The position numbers and the translations under genes are program-made. The notes under the pieces are model-generated. The model was not told where the DNA came from. It saw only the letters and a list, made by a program, of their open reading frames with translations, and did no database searches. Of a stretch of 64,000 bases of DNA, positions 13,408-23,654 are shown one piece after another. The stretch's first letter is position 1; every line of letters begins with the position of its first letter. The stretch comes from Eledone cirrhosa (lineage: Eukaryota): the NCBI GenBank assembly GCA_964016885.1, contig OZ024743.1, forward strand, positions 35,154,001 to 35,218,000, written 5' to 3'.

Positions 13408-14274
13408 GTTTTCTTTCTTAATACTTTTTTGTTTTCTATCTTCTTGGAAATTGCGAACTATTGTTAAGATGTAAATAGGAACCACAATACACTATAAAGA
13501 GAAAATAGACAATACATACACAACAAGACACATGGTAGCAAATGCGTTCTACCTGGAGTTGCGACCGATAGATAGTACTAGCAACTGGAAAGACCAACGA
13601 AAACATTGTTTCCTCGGCGGTCCGATTTGACGAAAGTCGATCAATAGAAAGAATATATATATATATACATATATGTATGTATGTAATTCGGCATAAATAA
13701 ATGAATGAACTAATAGACACAACACTTTACAATAACAATGTATTAGTTTAATGCTTATAGAAAATGATAAAAATATGTCTTAATGTTTTGAACATTAGTC
13801 CTTCATTGGAAAATATAACATAGAAGAAAGAGATGGTTGGCATTAGGAAGTGCATCCAACTGTAGAAACTTTGACAAATATGGAATGTATGACCAAAATG
13901 AGATCTCTCCAGCCCATCTATACTTAGTCTGTGTCAACCCATTCTACATATGCCAGCATGGAAAGCAAACATAAAATAATGATGAGAATGATATCATGAC
14001 CTTCAAACACAGCATCTCAGCTGCTATATCAACCATTAATAAATAATAATAAAAATAATAATAATTAGTAGAACATCAGACAAAATAATGTATTATGACA
14101 TTCAGTCATCACCTTTAACTTTCTTAGTTCAAAACCTAGTGAAACTGGCTTAGTTTTTCATCCTTCTGGAGTCAATAAAATAAAGTATATGTCAAGTACT
14201 GTGGTGAATATAACCTATTACACCCAATCCTCACCCCAAAAGATGGCTCTCTCTCCCTCTCTCTCCCCCCCCCC

Positions 14275-14324
<50 letters not shown>

Positions 14325-14329
14325 ATATC

Positions 14330-16757
14330 AATTCTGAATTTGTTTAGCAAGATTCTTTATCTGAAAACGTGTGTTGAAACTGATATTGTTATGCTTTGGG
14401 AGGGTCATATTGCCAATAAGAAACACACGCACCAGTTGCTTTCACTCCAATTTATTATAAATTTAATTTATAAATTTAAGAATTTATAAATTTCCGGTTG
14501 GTTGGTTGGTTCCACAACCGGACGGTTATTCATATATTGTCAAAGTTATTTCGTCACACATTCTGTGACCTCTTCAGTGACTGGGGATTCTTTTCTTTGT
14601 TTTTTGCCTCTCCTTTGTTATGTCCTACGCCATCTTGTTTTTGTGTGTGTTGTGTGCTTAGTTTGCGCATGTGTTACATCTGGGTGTCTGTGTGTGTTTA
14701 TATTTGTTTATTTATTTGTTTATTTACATGTTAGTAGTTGTTGGTTTGTTCTATGTGTGTGTGTGTTTTCATTTTGTCCTTAATTGTAAGTTGTGATGTT
14801 GCTATTCCATTCATGTTTTCTATTTAATTTTGGTTGGAGTTCATTTATGTTTATTGCCTCTGTGATTTGTCTAATCATTGCATCTTTTCTGTGTGTAGAT
14901 TCTATTTTTATTTCTATGTTCTCTAATTTACCCTTATGTTCTATTTTAGCATGTTGGTGGAGTACAAATGATTCTTTCTATCTTGAAGCTCTCGCCAGTA
15001 TTCATTTATCCGTTCTCCTATACTACGAGCTGTCTCACCTATGTACACTATATTCTTATCTCTACATTGTCCTTCAGTACATCTTATGCTATATACTACA
15101 TTTCTAGTTTTACAGTTAATATGGGGGCTTAGTTTACAGATTATACATTTCTTATCTATACAGGGAGGTCTTTGAAAAGGGTATGTATTGCTAATAAGTG
15201 TTTTTATGGAGGTACCTGGTCTTTCTACTATCTTAATATTGAGTTTATGTTTATCTAGGGCCCTTCTAAATTTGTAAGCTAATTCACCTCTAGGGGTTGT
15301 ATTGATGAACATTACACTCTGGTATTTATTGCTATCATACCATGAGTTTATTCTATTAACCTTATTCCTAGTTCTTTCTATTCTATTCCAAAATTTGCTC
15401 CTATACAAGGGGCAGGTCCCATTTGTATCATTATTTACCATTTCTTCCCATTTGGTTCTGGCTCTTCTATATACTCTGATTTTATCTCTCTGATTGTAAC
15501 CAGAGAACTGCATACGGTGGATGAAGTGTTGTATGTGTCTCTCTAGTTCTTTGGGGTTGCACATGCGGGACACGTTTCTCATCACCCGTACCAAATCCAC
15601 AATCAGTATGTTGATTTTGGTGTGGTTCGAAACAGCTGAGTTTCGGTGGATCAGATATTTGGAAGTCATGGGTTTGGCATAATGGGAATGGAGGATTTGT
15701 TTTTTGTTATTAATGGTTTCTAACCAGAGCTCTGTGTCTAGTACAGGTAATCGATGGTTGGGGTGTTTGCTTGGGTAGTCTATAGTAACTCTAATACTCT
15801 GGTGGATGGAGTTAGCTATTTGCTGGATGCTTTCCATGGTGTTTTTCTCTAATTCCTGACTGTTCTCTAGTGCAGGTGTTTTTACTGCGATGTTTATATC
15901 ATCAACGTAGTGGGAGTACATTATCAGGGTTAAGAGGTTGCTGTCTTCTAATTGTTCTTTAAGTTTAAGTTTAAGTCTATTGTCCCACCATACCATGAAT
16001 AGGTTAGCTATGTCACCTGCAATGCTAACACCAATGGCTGCTCCCTCCTTTTGGGCATATGTTTTTCCATTAAATTTGAACATATGTTCCTTAAGGGTTA
16101 ATTTTATACTGGCCCCCACCGCATGTGCAGTCATTTTCTTTAGTTCATCATGGTTTTCGGGGGTCCGTATGGCTCTGTTCCACCCGTTCCATCTATCTGT
16201 GTGGGTTTTCTTGGCCATTGAGGTAATGGTAGGTGGTCTGCCTCTTGCTGGTCTTGTAGGGCACAGGTTGCTAAGGTCATATGTGTCTAGATAATTATTA
16301 CTATAGGTAAGTTTAAGTAGGAGACCCAGCTCACTGGTATCAATCCCATGGAATTCAACATTGCTCTCACTGATCATTTCTACGCATTTCTCCACAGCAA
16401 AATCCTCGTCAATGGATGGATATAGGGACACAACATCCATACTACCTATTATACAGTTTGTTAGGTTCCTAGATCGGTTACGTTCACTGATTCTGCTGAA
16501 GAGGTCCTCCGTGCTGTCACATATATCTGGGGACATTTCAATGATGGGGTGTATGATCAGGGAGAGGAAGTAGGAAAGTCTGTAGTTGCTAGCAATGTTA
16601 GCTCCACAGACTGGCTGTGTTGGTGGTCCTGTGACAGGGTCACTGCTCATTTTATGGTCTTTTCGAAGCCCATACAACGCTGGCACGTCATTGTTCCAGG
16701 CCTGGAAGTTGTTGGCAGTCCTTTTATTGGGCTGCATTATGTTTGTCCACATCATCA
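14330..16757 (-). mobile_element. 5'-truncated Penelope-like element (RT + GIY-YIG endonuclease, pLTR with hammerhead)
   Basis: ORF 14941-16758: SMDVVSLYPSI, QKEGAAIG, YVDD, LPVLDT, YAKP, then C..C..C and VVYSIRC..C..YIGETAR; C-terminus frameshifted near 14970 and continuing to ~14785 (RQITEAINI..QPKLN). Confidence 0.93.
14539..14581 (-). ncRNA. Minimal type I hammerhead ribozyme motif in the Penelope terminal region
   Basis: GUCA-CUGAAGA-G-GUCACA-gaaug-UGUGAC-GAAA-uaac-UU-UGAC: core, 6-bp stem II and 4-bp stem I. Confidence 0.65.
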
Positions 16758-16821
16758 TATGGGCATAAAATATATATATATGAAATATATAGGCATGAAA
16801 TATATATATATATATATATAT

Positions 16822-16973
16822 GTTGGTTTTAGGAAGGGCATCCAGCCATAGAAAACCCGCCAGACAGTCCTGAGCAAGACAACCAATCTTGCCTCAAGTG
16901 GGACAATTCCCGTCCAGACCCATGCTAGCATGGAAAATGGACGTTAAACGATGATGATGATGATGATGATGAT
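16822..16973 (+). mobile_element. RTE 3' tail fragment ending in (GAT)n
   Basis: Same terminal sequence as 6355-6508. Confidence 0.85.
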
Positions 16974-17007
16974 ATATATATATTTCATTTTCTTATAGCA
17001 TTTTAAA

Positions 17008-17094
17008 GGGTTCGTCGAGCCGCCGATTATTGAGTCGGGTAGGATCGCTACAGATCGAACCTTGAGCTGATCAGTGGCGAAATGCGCGTCACCT
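17008..17094 (+). ncRNA. Hammerhead-like fold with variant core and extended stem II
   Basis: Stem I GGGU/ACCU; core UCGUCGA; stem II GCCGC-CGAUUA / UGAUCA-GUGGC capped by a further hairpin; GAAA-UGCGCG-UC; AATAAA 3 nt after stem I; lies in a ~160-bp insert between (TA)n runs. Confidence 0.45.
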
Positions 17095-17143
17095 ACCAAT
17101 AAATGCAATGAAGAAGTAATCAATTGTCCTTGTTATCCTTTCA

Positions 17144-17188
<45 letters not shown>

Positions 17189-17257
17189 TATATAAAGAGA
17201 TAGTGGGGAAGAGAGAGAGGGGAGCGAAAAGGAAAAAGATAGAGAGGTACTTGTTGT

Positions 17258-17288
17258 TATACATACATAAATGGATGCATACATACAT

Positions 17289-17319
<31 letters not shown>

Positions 17320-17588
17320 TACATACATAAATGCATGCATACATATATACATACATTCATACATACATACATTCATACATACATACATGCATACATAAAT
17401 GCATGCATACATACATATATACATACATACACATACATGCATACATACATACACATACATACATATATGCATACATACATATGTACATACACATACATAC
17501 ATACATACATACATACATACATACATACATACATACATACATACATACATACATACATACATACATACATACATACATACATACATAC
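17258..17588. repeat. (TACA)n microsatellite
   Basis: Tetranucleotide array. Confidence 0.95.
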
Positions 17589-18469
17589 AAGCTCAGAAAG
17601 ATTACACAGGAGAAGCACTGTGAAAATATATAAATATTGAGTTTTCAGGCAAGAAACATCAACAAGAGCAACAACAACAATAACAACATAAAACAAAGAA
17701 ATTATGTGAGGGTTACAGATATTAATTTAGTTTCACTGATTTGCTTAATCCTGATGAGATAAGGACTTCCTTGCCTTTGAGGGGTTGTGGGGTTGGGAGA
17801 ATAATCTATTTATATTTTTTTCAAGATTAGGGGTTTTTCTTGGAAACACAGAATGTGGTGTGTGACTATTAGAATTCTGAAAGAGAAGGAGAGAGAGATA
17901 AAGAAAGGGAAAGGGAAAGAGAGAGACTAAAGATGAAAGTGGATGTTGAGGAAGGTGGAGTGGTGGCAAGGAGAGGGAGAGGATTTATTGGGGGTGTAGA
18001 AATGTTGGTTAGAATACATCACAGGTAAAAGATTAGCTCTACCTGTTTTGAAAGCACAGCTTACTTCAATAATAGTTTACAGAGGTTGTGAATTAATGGA
18101 ATTGTCTGGGCATTGAATAAAATATCTTGTGATATTTGTTCCCATTCTCTGAGTTCAAATTCCATCTAGACATTCAAATCTCACTGATGGTCAGAGCTAA
18201 TCATCTGCCCATAGGACCACAAACGATTATGAAAGCTGCAATGTATGGAGAAGTATTGTAGCTATTTGTTACTGCAGTCAAATAATGATAATGAATATTT
18301 TACAATAAAAATATCAACTGTTCTGTTACCTCTTATTGCTCATTGTTTGTTGTTGTGGTTGTTTAGCCTTGTTCAATTCTGATCAAGGCATTCCAGCCAT
18401 CCATCCCATCTTTTAAATTTTTCTGGATTACTGAGAGGAAGAATTATCACTATTATACACTAATTTAGG

Positions 18470-18685
18470 GCAGTAGATTGGCAGCATCAGTAGAGCGTTA
18501 GACAATATTCTTTATGGCATAGGATTATGCCCCTTTAAGATCTTAGTGGGATTTGAACTAAGATCTTTGCCTTTCATCCTTATGGGGTCGATAAAATAAA
18601 GCACCAATAATGTACTGGGGTCGATTTAATCGACTTTCTCTCCCTCCAAAATTGTGGTCTTCTGCCAAAAGTAGAAACAATTATT
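18470..18685 (+). mobile_element. Nin-type tRNA-derived SINE (long variant)
   Basis: TGGCAGCATCAGTAGAG head, GCCTTTCATCCTTATGGGGTCGATAAAATAAAG domain and AAGTAGAAACAATTATT tail. Confidence 0.8.
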
Positions 18686-19073
18686 ATACACTAATTTATT
18701 CAGATTAATTTCTCTCATGGTAATAGTCTTGGAATTTAAAACCCAACAATTTATTGAAATTATGAGGGTAGATTGTTCTCATTTAATTGCCCATACCTAG
18801 TATATTTTTTAGTTAATAGTTGCCTGTGACGTCACATACTCTTTCTGCTTTAATTAAAGTATATACTAAGCAAAATATTGAACTCACATCCTCCAAATAA
18901 ACTGTCACAATTAACACTTAACCAACATTCAATTAACCATGCTATTGTCATATCACATCCCATACAACACAACACAACAAGACTACATTACACCAAACCA
19001 CACAATATGTCCTAACAGTCCCACAATACCCCATATAACAACTGCTGACTGTCACAATACATTCCACATAATA

Positions 19074-19239
19074 CAGGGTTTCCCAAACTTTTTCAAACAT
19101 GGAACCCTTTTTGGTTCAGAAACTTTTGGGGGAACTCCAAAGTCTAATACTGTTATATGGTTGTAATATAATAATATCTTCTACCTTCTTTCACTGAACC
19201 CCAGACACTCCTTTGTGGAACCCACTTTGGGAACAACTG
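19074..19239. mobile_element. hAT-like MITE within a degenerate CA-rich minisatellite (18940-19500)
   Basis: TIR CAGGGTTTCCCAAA / TTTGGGAACAACTG; near-duplicated flank CACATAA. Confidence 0.6.
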
Positions 19240-20084
19240 CACATAACATATCCTGATAGTCACACTACACCACATACAACACAACCAGACTACCATACTC
19301 CAAACCACACAATATGTCCTGACAATCATACAGCAACCCACATTACATCATCTGCTGGCAGTCACTCAACATATCACATAGCATGTCTTGATAATCACAC
19401 TACACTCCATACAATATTCCCTACCATGTAATATCCCCTTATATTCCCACTACATCCCTCATAATATAGCTTGAGAGATCACACTACACATCTGTCAACT
19501 TATCTTAACAGTGTCAGTATGCCCCATCTCCACACATAAGGATGTGGCTGTCATGGTTTATGGCAGATTTGCATTATGTCCACTGTAGAACATCACTATA
19601 TGCTTTGCATGTGGAAGATAGAATGTTATGCTGATGATGATGATGACAATGGTGAAGAAGATAATGATAAGTATACTAATGAAAATAATCATGAGTGAGG
19701 GACACATCTGTTAATAAATAACTAGAAACTGATGTGGTCTCAAGTGACAGCTGGAGTCTTCTTCAGACACCCCAACACATCTGATGCTATCAGTAAAGGA
19801 TGATTGATACAGTAGTTTGAATTTCATTCTCACTAATAGTAAAGCTATGCAAACATAAATCAGTCTGATGTGTCCAGTGAGATATTGGTTCATTTCTGAA
19901 ATGTAGCTTCTGTGTGCAATAAGGGAGTGTGTATGACAACACAGTGGTTGAAAGTGTTATACCGGATTCATAATATCACACCACAGTAATAAGTAAGTAC
20001 CTGTGGAGCTTGGAATAAACTTAAAACAGCTCACCTCAGCATAGATTATTTTTGAATGCAAACGTCTGTATTTCTTCTTTTTTA

Positions 20085-20245
20085 CACTCCAGGGCTCAGT
20101 TACAGTGCCCTCCTGTTTAAGATAGTTCTCCGGGTCATAAAAAAGTTTAAGTCTAACAGTCTGTGGGAACTACTGTTTGCTGATGACCTAGCTCATATAG
20201 GTGAACATGTCGAAGATTTAGAGAAGAAATTCCAAATGTGAAAGT
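20085..20245 (+). mobile_element. RTE RT fragment
   Basis: LWELLFADDLA...DLEKKFQMW. Confidence 0.7.
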
Positions 20246-20838
20246 AAAGTCACTCATGCATGCAAGTCTTCCATCTTTAGACTATCGATGTTGTCCAAGG
20301 GAAAGGCAAGGGCTGATACAGATTGACACCAGGGTTGAAAAAGATGCTGCAGAGCATCACATCCATATTGTATGGGATGCTGTAATGATTCTGCAGTAGC
20401 TGAGAGTGAACCTGCAATTGTCTGGCAGCCTGTCTAGAGGAGAGTCTTGTACTCTTTTCACTTATTGCCAAGGAAACCAGGCACCAACCTAATGAGCACC
20501 TGGGCTTATGAGGGACTAACTTTTTTTAACATGCTTTTGACACAATTGAAGAGTCCTCTAAACCTTTCCAAACCATATTACAGAGTTTACTGAGTGCATT
20601 TTATCGTGGTGCCAGCACTAAGGAGTTTGGCATGTCCATGATGTGACTGAAGAATCTTCTAGAAATGTGAGGTTTACAATATATTTTGAAACACATCTAT
20701 TCTTGGGCAAGGACATTGACTCTTACAATCTACTTAAACAGAACTCTTCTCAGTAGTAAAGAAATAGTGCTGATAAACAAATGAAGAAGCCAAATTCTAT
20801 TAGTGCCAGTAAATATAGCAACATTATGCATGACATAC

Positions 20839-21009
20839 TTTATATTCAGAGAGTGCAGTGAGTATAGGTGTAAAAAATAAGCCATGTTTATTTTCATGTT
20901 TGCAGATGTGATTTCTGGCAGCAATTTGAGATCCAAAATAAACAACACTGCTTAGAGATGTGGGAATTAAGTAAAGAATAAACATCAAAGCAATAATAAA
21001 CTGTTCCAT
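20839..21009 (-). CDS. Candidate first coding exon with a signal-peptide-like N-terminus (speculative)
   Basis: AAGATGG start, MEQFIIALMFILYLIPTSLS hydrophobic leader, 57 codons ending at a GTATGT donor; no downstream exon found. Confidence 0.2.
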
Positions 21010-21199
21010 CTTCTGCAATTGCACATCTTATCACCCACATAGAGGGATCTGCTACCCGGTTACAACCCAGGACCTCATAGTCCCAACAGGGGACCTCATC
21101 CTGTTTATAATATAATGTTTTAAAATATATATTAAAATATAGCTATGAAAGGGCGTATTTGTCAAAATTTAAAATATAATTATTATTAAATATATCTAG

Positions 21200-21652
21200 T
21201 ACATACTGCAAAGTGGTTGTGTAGGTGCCACGACAAAAAGCACCCAGCACACATTGCAAAGTGGCTATGTAGGTACCACCACAAAAAGCACCCAGCCCAC
21301 ACTGCAAAGTGGTCGATGGGGTGCCATGACAAAAAGCACCCGGCCCACACTGTAAAGTTGCCTTGTGGGTACCACCACAAAAAGCACCCAGCACACACTG
21401 TAAAGTGGTCGTGTAGATGCCACAATAATAAAGCTCCTACCTAACACTGTAAAGTGGTCATGTAGGTGTCACGATAAAAAAACACCCAGCACACACTGTA
21501 AATGTGGTTGGCGTTAGGAAGGGCATCCAGCCATAGAAACCTAGTTAGAAAAAATCCTATACAAGTAAGACACAGACACCTGACCCAAGTTACCTCAAAT
21601 GGGACGACCTGTTTAACCCATGCTAGCATGGAAAATGGACATTAAACGATGA

Positions 21653-21686
<34 letters not shown>

Positions 21687-21782
21687 GGTGGTGGTGGTGG
21701 TGGTGGTGGTGGTGGTGGTGGTGGTGGTGGTGGTGATGATGATGATGATGATAATGATGATGATAATGATGATGATAATGAT
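21200..21782 (+). mobile_element. RTE 3'UTR with ~6 tandem ~46-bp subrepeats and an expanded (GAT)/(GGT) tail
   Basis: Repeated CACTGTAAAGTGG..TGTAGGT.CCAC.ACAAAAAGCACCCAGC unit followed by the standard tail. Confidence 0.8.
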
Positions 21783-22079
21783 TAAATATATTTCTTCTTT
21801 TTTAATGACACCTCTGTTTTAGAGGTTGACGTACTTTTAATTTTCATTATGTTTCTCGACCCAAGGAAAGTAGATTCTTTAATCCAGCCCTGGTTACTAC
21901 TCTATTTTGAAATGACTGTCTCACTAATGCCTTGACTGCTCGTCACTGCATTCCACACAGTATTGTCTGTAATCTAACATGCTGCACTCTATGACTGCAT
22001 TTTCTGATTACTAGGCTATGTTACATAAAGCTAATTCACAACAACAAGACAACAATAGTTGCATCAATCACTATAGCAA

Positions 22080-22202
22080 CAACAAAGAAAAAAACAGCGA
22101 TTGCTGTATCAGCAACAATAATAAATAAGAAAAATAACAATTAGTGTAACCACTGTAGCATCAATAACAACAACATTAAACAACAACAATGATTACAACA
22201 GC

Positions 22203-22236
<34 letters not shown>

Positions 22237-22277
22237 GCAGCAACAACAATAATAACAACAACAATAACAACAGTAAC

Positions 22278-22312
<35 letters not shown>

Positions 22313-22391
22313 CAACAATAATAACAACAATAATAACAGCAGTAGCAGCAACAACAACAAGAATGATGACAACAGCAGCAACAGCAACAAT

Positions 22392-22434
<43 letters not shown>

Positions 22435-22440
22435 GCAATT
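22080..22440. repeat. (ACA)n/(AAT)n trinucleotide array
   Basis: Visible in sequence. Confidence 0.9.
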
Positions 22441-22923
22441 ATAAAAAGAGCACCGAATAATGAAGAGAAAGCATCCTTCATTCCAACTCCCTACTTCACT
22501 GCATCATCTCGTTAACCTCACCACCCACACTTCCCTACTCTGGTAGTGATACAAGAGATGATGGAGATGATGATGACAATAATGATAACAATAATGATGA
22601 TGAGAAAAAATGTGATGGAAATGAGGAGGATGGAGAAGAATCCATTAATAGCTACCACTTGATGGAATTGGCGTTCAGGTGATGGCAAGCAGCCAAGATA
22701 CTTTTACGCTGAAACAATGTGCAGTCTCTTGCTTTGTTCTAACCTCAATGTCTTGGAATTCCACTGCAACTGCAGTTTTACAGTGCTCCCACCTACCCAC
22801 AGACACCTGAAGAAATTGTTAAGGATTTCATTTTGGGTAGCTGATAAATTCCAAAGTTTTACATACAAACACAAATAGACACACATACACACATACACAC
22901 ATATACACATACACACATACATG

Positions 22924-22960
<37 letters not shown>

Positions 22961-22961
22961 A

Positions 22962-23042
22962 TACAAGGTGTCCCAAAAATATATATACATATATTTATTA
23001 GAATGCTGTTGAAGTGTGTATACATTTTTGGGACACCTTGTA
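22962..23042. mobile_element. Tiny Tc1/mariner MITE
   Basis: TA-CAAGGTGTCCCAAAAA ... TTTTTGGGACACCTTG-TA, perfect 16-bp TIR inside a (TA)n tract. Confidence 0.8.
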
Positions 23043-23097
23043 TATATATATATATATATACACACAGAGAAAGAGAGAGATATATGTGTGTGTGTGC

Positions 23098-23144
<47 letters not shown>

Positions 23145-23654
23145 AACCCATGCTGGCGTGGAAGATGGACGTTAAACGAAGATGATGATGATGATGATGA
23201 TATAAGTATGTTTATCTAAACCCCCCCCCCCCCACACACACACACACACAGGTGTATACAAACAAAAGAAACGAGCAATTAGCACATAATGTGAAAGTTG
23301 AGAGTATTTATATAAACAGTTTCATTTAACTCCTCCATACTACCAGATGCATTGGAGAAATCTGATGATTCAGGCAGGTTTTTAGTTTGAAGTTGCTGGT
23401 AATACAGAATTAAGTCAAACTGTTAATATAAATACATATTATGCTTTTACTGGTTTCACTTATTTGACTGCGACCATGCTGGGGCTCTGGCTTGAAAGGT
23501 TTTTAAATGATCATATGAATCCCAATACTTATTTTTCAAGAGTGGTACATATTAAAGTGTGGTACATATTCTGTCGATCTCTATTTATTGAACCATCAAG
23601 TTATAGGCTATAAACAATCTGCACACAGACACATACACATATTTATATATATAA

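Noticed and set aside
16740-16758. MMMW start of the Penelope ORF
   Set aside because: It comes from a CAT repeat at the truncation junction; the element lacks its true 5' end.
21200-21510. CRISPR-like or coding repeat (HCKVV/TLQC ORFs)
   Set aside because: Tandem subrepeats of the RTE 3'UTR, also seen at 6100, 32200 and 41860.
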